From the NCBI GenBank assembly GCA_031362565.1, contig JANLSU010000014.1, positions 60,578-124,577 of the forward strand: a DNA stretch of 64,000 nt, read 5' to 3'. The notes beneath the pieces were generated by a model, which saw only the letters and a list, made by a program, of their open reading frames with translations, was not told the origin of the DNA and did not search any database. This document shows, piece after piece, positions 10,494 through 23,221 of the stretch. Numbering within the stretch: position 1 is the first letter of the stretch; every line of letters begins with the position of its first letter. A program made the position numbers and the translations under genes. This DNA comes from a bacterium (lineage in GTDB: Bacteria; Krumholzibacteriota; Krumholzibacteriia; G020349025).

Positions 10494-11203
10494 ACCAGTA
10501 CTTGGCGGCGTGCGGCCTCGGGAGCCGCCGCGATTGCGAAGCGCTCATCGCCGCCGGCCGCGTCCACGTCAACGGCGCGCCGGGGCATTTCGGAATGCGC
10601 GTCGGCACGAGCGACACGGTGGCGCTGGACGGACGAACGCTGGCCATGGAGGCCACCGGATCCGTGTGGCTGATGCACAAGCCGGCGCGGGTTTTGTCGG
10701 CGGCACGCGACGCCGAGGGCCGCACGACAGTTCTCGATGTGGCGCGGCGTGCCGGCATCACCACCCGCGTCTTCTCGGTGGGCCGGCTCGACTACGAAAC
10801 GACGGGGCTCCTGCTTCTGACCGACGACGGCGATCTCGCGTTCGCACTCACCCATCCGTCGAAGGGGGTCGAGAAGGAATACGAGGCGCGGATCGCGGCG
10901 CCGCTTGCCGCCAGAGCGCTGGAGCGCTTGGCGGCGGGAATCGAACTGGAAGATGGACCCACGGCGCCGTGCGACGCGGCGCAGGAGATTGCCGCCGGCC
11001 AAGTCACCGTGCGGCTGGTGTTGCATGAAGGCCGCAAGCGGCAAGTGCGCCGCATGCTGACGGCGGTCGGCGCGCCGGTTCTGGCATTGCACCGAGTGCG
11101 CGTCGGCCCGGTGCGGCTCGGCGATCTAGCCCCCGGGGCAGTGCGGCGCGCCACCCCGGCGGAAGATACAGCGTTACGTCGCACCGCTGGCTTGGAGCTC
11201 TAA
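10484..11203 (+). CDS. rRNA pseudouridine synthase (RluB/RsuA family)
   Basis: S4 domain; GRLDYETTGLLLLTDDG; EGRKRQVRRM; follows scpAB. Confidence 0.92.
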   Translation: MRLNQYLAACGLGSRRDCEALIAAGRVHVNGAPGHFGMRVGTSDTVALDGRTLAMEATGSVWLMHKPARVLSAARDAEGRTTVLDVARRAGITTRVFSVGRLDYETTGLLLLTDDGDLAFALTHPSKGVEKEYEARIAAPLAARALERLAAGIELEDGPTAPCDAAQEIAAGQVTVRLVLHEGRKRQVRRMLTAVGAPVLALHRVRVGPVRLGDLAPGAVRRATPAEDTALRRTAGLEL

Positions 11204-11212
11204 GGGAGCATC

Positions 11213-12268
11213 GTGCGCATCGTCTTCCGGCCGAACGCCACGCGCGCCCAAATCGATCGCGTCGAACAGTTGCTCGTGCAACTGCGATACCGCTCACGGC
11301 GCTCGAAGGGTGAAGAAGGTGTGGTGATCGGCGTCGTCGGCGACACGTCGCTGCTCGTGTCGCGGCAAATCGACCGCATGCCCGGGGTCGCCAAGCTGGC
11401 ACCGTTCACCGTGCCGTACAAACAGGCGAGCCGCGAGTACAGCCAAGAGCGCAGCGTGGTGCGCGTCGGTGCTCTGGCCGTCGGCGGCACGAGCGCCATC
11501 GCCGTCATGGCCGGCCCGTGCTCGGTCGAGAGCCACGAGGGCCTCTTTGCGGTGGCGCGGCGCGTCAAAGCCGCCGGCGCGTCTTTTCTGCGCGGCGGCG
11601 CTTTCAAGCCGCGCACCTCGCCGTATTCATTCCAGGGCCTGGGGCGCGAAGGGCTCGAACTCTTGCGGAGCGCCGGTGATGACACCGGCCTGGCGGTCGT
11701 GACCGAAGTCATGGATACGCGCCACGTGGATCTTTTGGCCCAGTATTCCGACGTTCTGCAAGTCGGCGCTCGCAATGTTCAAAACTTCGATCTGTTGCGC
11801 GAAGTGGGTGCCTCGGGCAAGCCCGTGCTCCTCAAGCGCGGCCTCATGACGACCATCGAGGAATACTTGCTCTGCGCCGAATACATTCTGGCAACGGGCA
11901 ACGAGCAGGTCATCTTGTGCGAACGCGGCATTCGGACTTTCGATACCGCGACCCGGAACACGCTCGATGTCTGCGCCGTGCCGGTGATTCAGCGCTTCAG
12001 CCACTTGCCCATCATTGTCGACCCGAGCCATGCGACGGGCGACTGGCACTACGTGATTCCGATGGCCCGCGCCGCGGTCGCGGCCGGCGCCGATGGCCTG
12101 ATGATCGAAGTGCATCCGAATCCCGCCGCGGCTTTCAGCGACGGACCGCAGTCGTTGACGCCGGACCGATTCGATCAGCTCATGCGCGAGGTGGCGCCGC
12201 TCGCCGCGGCGGTCGGCCGCAAACTCGACCAACATGCGGCGGCACGTGGCCGGGCCGAACCCTCATGA
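11213..12268 (+). CDS. aroF: 3-deoxy-7-phosphoheptulonate synthase (type I-beta, N-terminal regulatory domain)
   Basis: [35 protein letters not shown]. Confidence 0.94.
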   Translation: MRIVFRPNATRAQIDRVEQLLVQLRYRSRRSKGEEGVVIGVVGDTSLLVSRQIDRMPGVAKLAPFTVPYKQASREYSQERSVVRVGALAVGGTSAIAVMAGPCSVESHEGLFAVARRVKAAGASFLRGGAFKPRTSPYSFQGLGREGLELLRSAGDDTGLAVVTEVMDTRHVDLLAQYSDVLQVGARNVQNFDLLREVGASGKPVLLKRGLMTTIEEYLLCAEYILATGNEQVILCERGIRTFDTATRNTLDVCAVPVIQRFSHLPIIVDPSHATGDWHYVIPMARAAVAAGADGLMIEVHPNPAAAFSDGPQSLTPDRFDQLMREVAPLAAAVGRKLDQHAAARGRAEPS

Positions 12269-13821
12269 CGACGCCTGCAACCGCCCCGGCATTCGCATTC
12301 CGGCCCGGCGAGCGGGCGGCGCTCGACGAGCGCTTGCGGGAGCACGCCGAACTCTTGCGGCAACTCATCATCGCCATCGACGGCCCGGCGGCTTCCGGCA
12401 AGAGCACGACGGCGCGCGCCGTCGCGGCGCGTCTCGGCTTGTTTCATCTCGACACCGGAGCGATGTATCGGGCTCTGACGTTGCTCGCCGAGCGCCAGGG
12501 CATTGGCGCCGGCGACGAGCCCGCACTGGTCCGCTTGGCGGCGGCACACACCATTGCGCTCGAACCGGGCGCGGCGGCTGCCCGCGTTCTGGTGGACGGC
12601 GAAGACGTCAGCACCGCCATTCGCACCCCCGAGGTCACTGCCGCGGTGTCCGAGGTCGCTTCGCACCCCGAGGTGCGCCGGGCAATGGTGCGCCAACAGC
12701 GGGCCCTTGGCGCCCACGGTGGGGTGATCTTGGATGGCCGCGACATCGGCACCGTGGTCTTCCCCGATGCGAGCGTGAAAGTGTTTCTCGTCGCCGATGT
12801 CGCCACCCGGGCGGCGCGCCGGCAAGCCGAAGACGCCGCCCGCGGCGTGCGGCACGATCTCGCGGCGTTGAGTGCCGATCTCGAACGCCGCGACCGGGCC
12901 GATTCCACTCGCTCGGCTTCGCCGCTCGAACAAGCGCCGGACGCAGTGCGTCTCGATACGAGCCGCCTTCAACCCGCCGACCAAGTCGACGCGGTGCTCG
13001 CCCTTGCGGTGCGCCAGGTGCGCAACGAGCGTTTGGCCCCGAGCGGAACGATCGCCGCGGGACGCGTGCGGGTTCTCGAAGTCGATGCCGAGGCGAGCGC
13101 GCAGCCGGGTTACCGGCCGTTTCACTCGTTCGTCTATTGGTTCTGCCACACGGCCATTCGCGTCCTAGCGCGTCTCGTGTTCGGGCTGCGGATTCATTTC
13201 CATCCGGCGGCGCGCTTGCGCGGCAGTGTGCTGGTGGCCGCCAATCACATCTCGGGCCTCGATCCGCCGCTGGTCGGGTCGTGCGTGCCCTTCGAGACGT
13301 GGTTCTTGGCCAAGGTGGAGTTGTTCAAGAACCCGGCGCTGGGGGCGCTCATCCATCGCTTCAACGGCATTCCGATCCGCCGCGGCACGGCCGACTTCGA
13401 AACCCTCGACCGGGCGGTAGAGGAACTGCGCAAGACACACAACGTGCTCATGTTCCCGGAAGGCACCCGCCACAAGCCGGGGACGCTGGGCGACCCCCGC
13501 TGGGGGTTTGGGTATGTGGCGCTGGCCGCCGGGCGGCCCATCGTGCCGCTTTTCGTGCGCGGTACCCGGGACGGGCGGCCGCGCGGCCTGCGGCGCGAGC
13601 CCATGGAGGTCTGGATCGGGCCGCCCTTCCGGCTCGAAGCCGTCGAAACCGCCGATCATGCCGCCTACAAGGAGGCGGCCCGGCTCGCCATGGACCGTAT
13701 CGCGGCGATGATGCTGCGCTCGGCCGCCGCCCGCCCGCTCCGCGGCCTCGAATTGCCCGGCGCGTGGGCCGGGGCCCCCACCGAGCGCACCGAGTCCAAT
13801 GCCGGCCCGGTGACCGCCTGA
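12265..13821 (+). CDS. cmk: Fused cytidylate kinase / 1-acyl-glycerol-3-phosphate acyltransferase
   Basis: IDGPAASGKST, DTGAMYR and DGRDIGTVVFP (Cmk); NHISGLD and FPEGTR (PlsC) in one ORF. Confidence 0.9.
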   Translation: MTTPATAPAFAFRPGERAALDERLREHAELLRQLIIAIDGPAASGKSTTARAVAARLGLFHLDTGAMYRALTLLAERQGIGAGDEPALVRLAAAHTIALEPGAAAARVLVDGEDVSTAIRTPEVTAAVSEVASHPEVRRAMVRQQRALGAHGGVILDGRDIGTVVFPDASVKVFLVADVATRAARRQAEDAARGVRHDLAALSADLERRDRADSTRSASPLEQAPDAVRLDTSRLQPADQVDAVLALAVRQVRNERLAPSGTIAAGRVRVLEVDAEASAQPGYRPFHSFVYWFCHTAIRVLARLVFGLRIHFHPAARLRGSVLVAANHISGLDPPLVGSCVPFETWFLAKVELFKNPALGALIHRFNGIPIRRGTADFETLDRAVEELRKTHNVLMFPEGTRHKPGTLGDPRWGFGYVALAAGRPIVPLFVRGTRDGRPRGLRREPMEVWIGPPFRLEAVETADHAAYKEAARLAMDRIAAMMLRSAAARPLRGLELPGAWAGAPTERTESNAGPVTA

Positions 13822-13941
13822 GCCAAGGCGTCTGCATCTCCAATTGCCCAGGACCCTTGCCCCGCTGGGCCCAATGCTGGTACCGTGCTTCGGTTCAGCC
13901 CCTCAATGGGGCCATTCGTTCGATTGGGAGGAGATCGCTGC

Positions 13942-15963
<2,022 letters not shown>

Positions 15964-16044
15964 GTCGAAGTTGGAGCGATGTGAGGCGAGGGGTGGGCGC
16001 AGACGCGTCCACCCCTCGTCACGACCGGGCTGGGAGGTGCGGCC

Positions 16045-16377
16045 ATGTGGCTGCTCAGGAGCATCCTCGCGTTCTTGGGCCTTGGCGCCGTCATGGTGTT
16101 CGCGATTTCGAACGTCGATCAGCGCGTCGACGTCGTCGTCTTCACTCGCACCTACCATGACGTCTACTTGAACCTGGTCTTGCTCTGTGCCGCACTGGCC
16201 GGAGCGGCGATCTGTTTTGCGGTGATGATCGTCCGGGAGTTCGCGCTGCGCACCGTTCTGCGGCGGGTCAGGCGCGAGAACGTCCGCTTGGACGATGAAC
16301 TCGTGGCGTTGCGCAATTTGCCGCTGAGCGGCGTGCTGCCGGCGGCGCGGGCCCAAAGGCCGTCCCCAAACCGCTGA
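16045..16377 (+). CDS. LapA-family membrane protein
   Basis: Two TM segments, FAISN motif, coiled C-terminus; precedes LapB-like gene. Confidence 0.75.
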   Translation: MWLLRSILAFLGLGAVMVFAISNVDQRVDVVVFTRTYHDVYLNLVLLCAALAGAAICFAVMIVREFALRTVLRRVRRENVRLDDELVALRNLPLSGVLPAARAQRPSPNR

Positions 16378-16390
16378 GGGCAACCGATCC

Positions 16391-17530
16391 GTGGATGCGA
16401 GTTCCTTTCTTTTCGGCACCGGGCTGATCGCGAGCGCGGGGGTCGTCTTGTATGCGGTGAGCCGCGGCGATTCGCGCCCGGCAGCGTCCCCCGACCACTA
16501 CCGCGTCGCCATCGGCCACTTGGGCGCCAACGATCTGGATGCGGCGCTGGAGAGCCTGCGGCGCACCGTGCAATCGCCGCACGCACCGCCCGACGCCTAC
16601 ATCAAACTCGGCAATCTGCTGCGGGCGCGCGGCGATGCGCCGGCAGCCCTGCAAGTGCATCGCAGTCTGACGGTGCGGCGCGATTTGAATCCGCACGAGC
16701 GCGAAGCAACGCTCAGGGCGCTGGCGGACGACCACCGGGCACTCGGCCAGCACGCCGAAACGCTGGCCGCGCTGCAACAATTGGCGGCGATGCGGCGCGA
16801 TGCGGACGTGCTGACGGAATTGGCGCGCGAGCTCTTGCTCCAAGACCAGTACGACGAGGCGGCAACCACGATCCGCGAAGCGGCGCGCGTCGCAACCGGG
16901 ATCGGCCGCAGCGAAATCGCCGCGTTCCTGGCGGCGGCCGCCGCCCAGTGCCTGCGCCAAGGCCAGGCGCCGGATGCCAAGCGCCTCTTGCAACAGTCCC
17001 TCAAGGAGGACGACGCCTGTCCGCGAGCGCTGGCGCAACTCGGCGATATCGCGATGGCCGAAGGCGACCACGAGAGCGCGCTGTACTACTGGCAGAAACT
17101 GGTGTTCGCGGGAACGTCGGCATCGGCCGGCGCGCACGAGAAACTCGAACGGGTGTACTTCGAACTCGGCAAGTTTAGCGATATCGAACGGGTCTATGCC
17201 CAGATCCTGGAGAGCCGGCCGCGCGATCTCGAGACCTTGCACGCGGCGGCGCGGATCGCCCTCAAGAAGGGCGAAGCCGAGGACGCCGAGCGCCTGCTGC
17301 GCCGGGCTCTCGACGCGAATCCGGCCTCGCACACGGCATTCTATCTGCTCGCCGGGCTCTGGCTGGACGAGGGCAAGACGCGCGACCTCCGCGAACTCTT
17401 GGCGGAACACGCCGCCCAAGACAAACCCGAGAACGCCTTCGTGTGCCCGCAATGCGGCCAGCAGGCCGACATCCAGCCGGGGTACTGCATCGGGTGTGGG
17501 CACTTCGGTGAATATCGAGCTGCATCATGA
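16391..17530 (+). CDS. LapB-like TPR protein with C-terminal rubredoxin-type CxxC..CxxC
   Basis: N-terminal TM; LGNLLRARGD..ALQVH; CPQCG...CIGCG. Confidence 0.8.
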   Translation: MDASSFLFGTGLIASAGVVLYAVSRGDSRPAASPDHYRVAIGHLGANDLDAALESLRRTVQSPHAPPDAYIKLGNLLRARGDAPAALQVHRSLTVRRDLNPHEREATLRALADDHRALGQHAETLAALQQLAAMRRDADVLTELARELLLQDQYDEAATTIREAARVATGIGRSEIAAFLAAAAAQCLRQGQAPDAKRLLQQSLKEDDACPRALAQLGDIAMAEGDHESALYYWQKLVFAGTSASAGAHEKLERVYFELGKFSDIERVYAQILESRPRDLETLHAAARIALKKGEAEDAERLLRRALDANPASHTAFYLLAGLWLDEGKTRDLRELLAEHAAQDKPENAFVCPQCGQQADIQPGYCIGCGHFGEYRAAS

Positions 17531-20151
17531 GCGTCGCGGACGGTGCCCGCCTCACCCCCATGATGGCCCAGTACTGGGACGTCAAGAAAGCCCACCGCGA
17601 AGCGATCGTCTTGTTCCGCATGGGCGACTTTTACGAGACCTTCCATGACGATGCCAAGATTGCGTCGCGCGTTCTCGGTGTCGCGCTCACCACCCGCGAT
17701 CGCAACAGCGATCATCCAACACCGCTCGCGGGCGTGCCGTTTCATAGCATCGATACCTATGTCGCGCGCCTCTTACGCGCCGGCTACAAAGTCGCGATCT
17801 GTGAGCAGATCGAGGACCCGGCGCTCGCAAAGGGGCTCGTCAAGCGCGCCGTCACCGAGGTACTGACGCCCGGCACAGCCTCGGTGCCGGCGCTCTTGCC
17901 CGAACGCGACGCCCACTACGCCCTCTGCTTGGCGGCCCGCGGCGACGAAACCGCGGCGGCCCCGATCGGCTTCGCATTCCTCGATTTTTCGACCGGCGAG
18001 TTTGGACTCGGCGAACGCCGCGCCGCAGAAGCCTGCGACATTGTGGCCCGCTACGCGCCGGGCGAATTGTTCCTGCCGCGCGCCTGTCTGGCGACGCCGC
18101 TCGAATTGGAGCTGCGGCGCCGCTTCGAGACATTGCCGATTTCGTTCCTGGACGATGCCTCGTTCACAACTCGCATCGCCACCGACGCGCTCACGAAGCA
18201 TTTTGGCGTGTTGACGCTCGAAGGCTTAGGCATGGCCGACCTGCCGCAGGGGATCGCCGCCGGCGGCGCCTTGCTCGACACCGGGACCCGCCTCAAACAG
18301 GCGCGCTTGCAAGCGGTGACACGCGTCCAGATCGTGCGCGAGGCCGACGAGTTGGTGCTCGACGACGACACCCTCGCCAATCTGGAGATTTTCCGGCCGC
18401 TCCGCGGCCAGGATCCCGGCGTGACGCTCGTGCACCACCTGGACGCTTGCCAAACCGCCATGGGGTCGCGGTTGCTGCGGACGTGGTTGCGCGGTCCGGC
18501 CCGCCGCCCGGAAGTTGCGAGCGCCCGCCATGCAGCGGTCGAGTGGTTGGTGGAACAACCCGAAACGCTCGAGGTGCTGCGCACGAAGCTGGCGGGGATC
18601 GGCGATATGGAGCGCTTGCTGGGGCGGATCGCCGCCGATCGCGCCACGCCACGCGACTTGCAGGCATTTGCGGAAAGTTGTGAACGGCTGCCCGAGGTGG
18701 CGCTGGCCCTCACGCCGGCGACGGCGCCGCTCCTCCTGGAGTTGCACGGCGGGCTCGATCCGCTCTCTGACCTGGCCGAGTTCATTCGCACCACCCTCGT
18801 CGAAGATCCGCCGGCGCACTTGCGCGACGGTGGGGTGATTCGCAATGGGGCTTCGAGCGAACTCGATGAGTTGCTCGCGGGGACGCGCGAAGCACGGGAG
18901 TGGATCGCGAGTTTGCAGGAGTCCGAACGCCGCGCCACCGGCATCGCCAAGCTCAAGGTCGGCTACAACAAGATCTTCGGCTACTACCTCGAAGTGCCGC
19001 GCGGCCAGGCGGAGCGCGTACCGGCCCACTACATCGGCAAGCAGACACTGGTGAACGCGCAGCGCTTCATCACGCCCGAGATGAAGGAGCGGGAGCAGCT
19101 CGTCCTGCGCGCCGAGACGGAGCGCGTCCGGATCGAAACCGAGATCTTCGCGGCACTCCGGCAACGCCTCGCGGCGCATGCGGAACGGGTGCGGCAAACG
19201 ACCACCTCGCTCGCCGGCCTCGACGTTCTGGCGTCGTTCGCGTCGGTGGCGCGCAAGCGCGATTACGTGCGGCCGCGATTGACCGGCGGCGACCGGATCT
19301 TCATCCGCGACGGCCGGCACCCGGTCGTGGAACTCTTGCTGGACGCGGCTTTCGTGCCCAACGATGTCGATCTGTCGACGTCCGGCGCGCAGATCCTGCT
19401 CATCACCGGCCCCAACATGGGCGGCAAGTCGACGTACCTGCGCCAGGTCGCGCTCATCGTGCTGCTGGCGTATGCCGGCTCGTTCGTGCCGGCGCGCGAA
19501 GCGGAAATCGGCGCCGTGGATCGCATCTTTACCCGCGTCGGAGCCTCCGACAATCTGGCGCGCGGCCAGAGCACGTTCCTCGTCGAAATGACCGAAACGG
19601 CCAAGATTCTCAACACCGCCACGAGCCAGAGTCTCGTGGTGCTCGACGAAGTCGGACGCGGAACGAGTACCCACGACGGCATGAGCCTGGCCTGGGCGGT
19701 GCTCGAATACCTGCACGACCGCGGTCCGGCGCGGCCACGAACGTTGTTCGCGACGCACTATCACGAGCTCACGGTGCTCGAGGAGTCGCTGACGCGGCTG
19801 CGCAATCAAACCGTCGAAATCAAAGAAATGCAGGACGACATTTTGTTCCTGCACCGCATCCGGCCGGGGCGCGCCGACAAGAGTTACGGAATTCAGGTCG
19901 CCAAGCTGGCGGGACTGCCGGCGGCGGTCATCGAACGGGCCCGTGAAATCCTCGCCGAACACGAGCGGATGGAGGAAGCACTCGGCCATCACGCACCGGC
20001 GACACTGCCAAAGGAGCCGCCACCGCGCCAACTCGACTTGTTCGCGGCAGGCGAGCGCCGGGTCGCGGAACGGCTGCGGCAGATCGAACCCGGATCGTTG
20101 AGCGCGGCGGCGGCGCTCGATCTGCTGCGCGAGCTGCGCGGCCTGGTCTGA
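17527..20151 (+). CDS. mutS: DNA mismatch repair protein MutS
   Basis: TPMMAQY, FRMGDFYE, GPNMGGKST, DEVGRGTST, SYGIQVA. Confidence 0.97.
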   Translation: MSVADGARLTPMMAQYWDVKKAHREAIVLFRMGDFYETFHDDAKIASRVLGVALTTRDRNSDHPTPLAGVPFHSIDTYVARLLRAGYKVAICEQIEDPALAKGLVKRAVTEVLTPGTASVPALLPERDAHYALCLAARGDETAAAPIGFAFLDFSTGEFGLGERRAAEACDIVARYAPGELFLPRACLATPLELELRRRFETLPISFLDDASFTTRIATDALTKHFGVLTLEGLGMADLPQGIAAGGALLDTGTRLKQARLQAVTRVQIVREADELVLDDDTLANLEIFRPLRGQDPGVTLVHHLDACQTAMGSRLLRTWLRGPARRPEVASARHAAVEWLVEQPETLEVLRTKLAGIGDMERLLGRIAADRATPRDLQAFAESCERLPEVALALTPATAPLLLELHGGLDPLSDLAEFIRTTLVEDPPAHLRDGGVIRNGASSELDELLAGTREAREWIASLQESERRATGIAKLKVGYNKIFGYYLEVPRGQAERVPAHYIGKQTLVNAQRFITPEMKEREQLVLRAETERVRIETEIFAALRQRLAAHAERVRQTTTSLAGLDVLASFASVARKRDYVRPRLTGGDRIFIRDGRHPVVELLLDAAFVPNDVDLSTSGAQILLITGPNMGGKSTYLRQVALIVLLAYAGSFVPAREAEIGAVDRIFTRVGASDNLARGQSTFLVEMTETAKILNTATSQSLVVLDEVGRGTSTHDGMSLAWAVLEYLHDRGPARPRTLFATHYHELTVLEESLTRLRNQTVEIKEMQDDILFLHRIRPGRADKSYGIQVAKLAGLPAAVIERAREILAEHERMEEALGHHAPATLPKEPPPRQLDLFAAGERRVAERLRQIEPGSLSAAAALDLLRELRGLV

Positions 20152-20324
20152 CCTCGAACGGCCCCTGGGCGGCGAGTTTTCGTCCCTCGCGGTGACGCCG
20201 ATCCGCGACACCTCCAGACGCGCCTCGAATCAACCCGAAATGAAACCCGCAACCACGCCCGGATCCAAGTGTCCACGGCATGGCATTGGGCGCTCCAGAC
20301 GAACCGGTCTGTAATGATGCATCC

Positions 20325-20340
20325 TGGCGCATGGTTTGCT
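20325..20340 (+). promoter_or_regulatory. Putative sigma54 (-24/-12) promoter
   Basis: TGGCGCATGGTTTGCT: GG-N10-GC matching TGGCRC-N5-TTGCW. Confidence 0.6.
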
Positions 20341-20396
20341 GCACCGTATGGCACGCGGAGCATCCTGCTATTGCCGCGCCCACGAGGAGTTCGCCG

Positions 20397-22739
20397 GTGC
20401 CGGAACTCGAACGCAAACCGCGCATCGCGCTCCTGGGAGCGGGGCCGCGCGAAGTCGAACTGCTGACCGAGCTGCGCGCTGCGGGGCGCGTCGATGTGGC
20501 CGGCGTGTACGACTCGGATTCGCATGCTCTGGGGCTCGACGTCGCCTCCGTGCTCGGTCTCATTGCGGCGCACACCGTCGAAGATCTCGAACGCCTGCGC
20601 GGCACCGACTGCATCATTCTGCCACACGACCCCGAATCGCTGGCGCCCGCCGTCCGCTGGGCGGCAGGCACCGAAGCCGAGCTCGTCACACCGGCTGCCG
20701 CCCGCACCCGATGGACCCATACGGATCCGGAGAGCGCCGACGTCGCGGCCCCGGGACTCGCAACGGCCGCCGGCCGCGGACTCGTGGAGGCGGTCGATTG
20801 GAGCCAACGGCTTCAGGATCGCAACGAGCTGGCGAGCTGGCTCTTGGAGCTGGCGCTGCAGGCCGTCGGCGCCGACGGCGGTTCGATTCAAATGCTCGCG
20901 CCTGACACGTCCGAGCTCTATATGGTCGCCGCGCGCGGCCTCTCGGAGCGTCTCGTGCGCCTCGGCCGCCACCGCGTCGGCGAAGGCATCTCGGGAACCG
21001 TCGCTGCGACGCGCATTGCGTCGACGCTTTCCGGACCGAAGCCCGGTCGCATGACGCGCGAACGCGGCGCCGTCATGGCTTCAATCAGCCTGCCGCTCGA
21101 ATACGAGAGCCGGCTCGTCGGCGTTCTCAACGTTTCGTCGACCGTCGAGAGCCGGCAGTTCGGCCCGCAGCATGCGGCGACGCTCACCGGCCTCGCGCCG
21201 CGCATCGCGCGATTGCTGCACGAAGCGACGCGGCTCGAGTCACAACCCTACCGGCTCGACCTGCCGCGCTTCGCGCGTGCAGCCCCCGCCGGTGACCTGC
21301 GAATCCGCATGCGGGCGCTCAGTGAACATGTCCGGCGTGGGTTCGATGCGGAGCGCGCCGCGCTGTTCTTCACCACCGAGGCGGGGGACTGGATCGCGAT
21401 CGCGTCCGCGACTCGGAACGGCGAGGCGGCGCGCGGCGGCCATGTGCGGCGCGATCTGCTGACTCGTGCCCTCCTGGACGAGGAGTGGCTGCACGCTCGC
21501 GACACGAGCGTACCGCCGGAGAACAGCACCAACCCCGATGCCGTGACGCGGGCCGTCGAACAAGCGCTCGGCGCGGCGGTATCGGTCGTCTACGCGCCAC
21601 TCGCCGGACTCGTGCCGATCGGCGTGTTGGTGCTCGAGTTTGTATCGCTCGCGGCTGCCGAGTCCTGCGTTCGGCACGGTTTCGAACCGGTGCAGCAGCT
21701 GGCACTGTATTGCGATGCGGAAACGCGCGCCGCGCACGCCACCCACCGGATGCGAGTGCTCGCACGCCTGGCGCGGTCGCACCCGCGCATCGTCGCGCTG
21801 CGCGACAGCCCGCAGGCCGATGAACTCTTGGCGTCCGAGGCGGCCCGCTTGGTGGGCGCGCACGCGGCCATCGTCCGCCGGGTGAGTGAAACGAGCCGCA
21901 CGTACTCCCGGCCTGCCGTGCACGGGTTGCCGGAACCCTTGCCCGAACAGTGGCGGGCGCTCGACGCACGCGTCACCGAGAAGACGCTGCAAGGCCGGCA
22001 CGCGGTGCTCACAACCGCCACCCAGGAGAGCGATGGGGTGCCCGAAGCCGAGCCGGCGCGCACTTCGCGGGTCTCGGTGCCGGTCGTTCAAGCGAACGAA
22101 TTGGTGGCCGTGATCAACGTCTACGACAAGGAATGGAACGATCCGCTCGATCCCGGCGCCTTCACGGAATTCGATCGCGAGGCACTGCAGAGTTTGGCAA
22201 CGGTTGCGGCAACGCTGTTCGATGCCGGCGACTCACAGGTTGCAGCGCCGCCGGCACGGGCGGTGCCGGCGGCCGTGATGCCACAAACGAACGGCGCGGC
22301 GGTACAAACGGTGGCGGCACCGGCCGCTATTGCGGCACCCGCCGGCGCCACGGCTCTGCTCGACACGGTGATCGCGGACACGTTGGCGAAACGCGGCGGC
22401 CTCGCGCTCTGGCTGTGCCGGCTCCCAGGACTCGTCCCCGGGCCAGGCGAGGGGCCGGAGATTCGTGCCGCGCTGGCGAGTGCGCTGCGGAGCGGCCTGC
22501 GCCCCAGCGATCGTGTCGCGTGGTACGACCCCGAAAACCTCGTCATCGTGACCCCCGGCTCGATTCCCACGGGGGTGCCGTTCGAGGCCCGCTTGCTGCG
22601 GCTCTTGCGCCCGCAACTCGCCCGCCTCGCCGCGAGTTCGTTGCAACCGTTCGAAGTGTGGATCGGAACAGCCGCGGCACCGGAGGACGGCACCGATGCC
22701 GCAACGCTCTTGAATGTCGCGATCGAGCGCTCCGGCTAA
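20397..22739 (+). CDS. Multi-GAF domain protein with N-terminal Rossmann-like and degenerate C-terminal GGDEF-like domain
   Basis: GTG after AGGAG; GAF motifs (GEGISGTVA, VGVLNVSS, VINVYDK..FTEFD); C-terminus LRPSDRVAWY...IGTAAAPEDG. Confidence 0.7.
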   Translation: MPELERKPRIALLGAGPREVELLTELRAAGRVDVAGVYDSDSHALGLDVASVLGLIAAHTVEDLERLRGTDCIILPHDPESLAPAVRWAAGTEAELVTPAAARTRWTHTDPESADVAAPGLATAAGRGLVEAVDWSQRLQDRNELASWLLELALQAVGADGGSIQMLAPDTSELYMVAARGLSERLVRLGRHRVGEGISGTVAATRIASTLSGPKPGRMTRERGAVMASISLPLEYESRLVGVLNVSSTVESRQFGPQHAATLTGLAPRIARLLHEATRLESQPYRLDLPRFARAAPAGDLRIRMRALSEHVRRGFDAERAALFFTTEAGDWIAIASATRNGEAARGGHVRRDLLTRALLDEEWLHARDTSVPPENSTNPDAVTRAVEQALGAAVSVVYAPLAGLVPIGVLVLEFVSLAAAESCVRHGFEPVQQLALYCDAETRAAHATHRMRVLARLARSHPRIVALRDSPQADELLASEAARLVGAHAAIVRRVSETSRTYSRPAVHGLPEPLPEQWRALDARVTEKTLQGRHAVLTTATQESDGVPEAEPARTSRVSVPVVQANELVAVINVYDKEWNDPLDPGAFTEFDREALQSLATVAATLFDAGDSQVAAPPARAVPAAVMPQTNGAAVQTVAAPAAIAAPAGATALLDTVIADTLAKRGGLALWLCRLPGLVPGPGEGPEIRAALASALRSGLRPSDRVAWYDPENLVIVTPGSIPTGVPFEARLLRLLRPQLARLAASSLQPFEVWIGTAAAPEDGTDAATLLNVAIERSG

Positions 22740-22766
22740 ACGCCGCAGCCGTTCCGTAACCACAAC

Positions 22767-22991
22767 CTATTCCGGCTCGAGATCCTCCGGAGGCGTTTCC
22801 GGAAGATGCAACACGTCGGCGCAGTACGCCGAGAGCGACGGACAACCGGCCTCGAGATGCAGCCCGCGCGCCTTGAACTCAGCCAGATGCGCGCCCAGCG
22901 CCGCCTTCGCGGCGCGCTCCGACTTTGCAAGACCCTGCATCCGGGCGAGCATTTCGGCATCGGAAAGACTGGACGGAGATTTTCGGTTCAT
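22767..22991 (-). pseudogene. Short (74 aa) ORF resembling only the N-terminus of DUF222-like/HNH proteins
   Basis: LSDAEMLARM..AHLAEF..RGLHLEAGCPSLSAYC..VLHL pattern (recall); GGAGG SD; no HNH domain. Confidence 0.55.
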
Positions 22992-23200
22992 CGCCTGCCT
23001 CCTTGACTCGTTCGACCCGAGCGCTCGACGGCGCCCGGGGTTCGGGGCCGAATGTAAGCTTCGCAATCGACGGGCCGCGACTCCGTTGCGCGCCAGGAAC
23101 GGGCCTACGGGCGGTTTTTCCCGAAATGGCCGCACACCGTTCATCCACTGCCGACACGCCAGGCTGTCAATGGCGTGGACATCGACGCCGAGCGAGCCGC

Positions 23201-23221
23201 TTTTCCACAACGTTTTCCACA
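23201..23221 (+). promoter_or_regulatory. Tandem DnaA-box-like sites upstream of mutL
   Basis: TTTTCCACA at 23201-23209 and 23213-23221 (TTWTNCACA consensus). Confidence 0.5.

Noticed and set aside
20349..20365. TGGCACG as a second sigma54 site
   Set aside because: No GC at the -12 spacing
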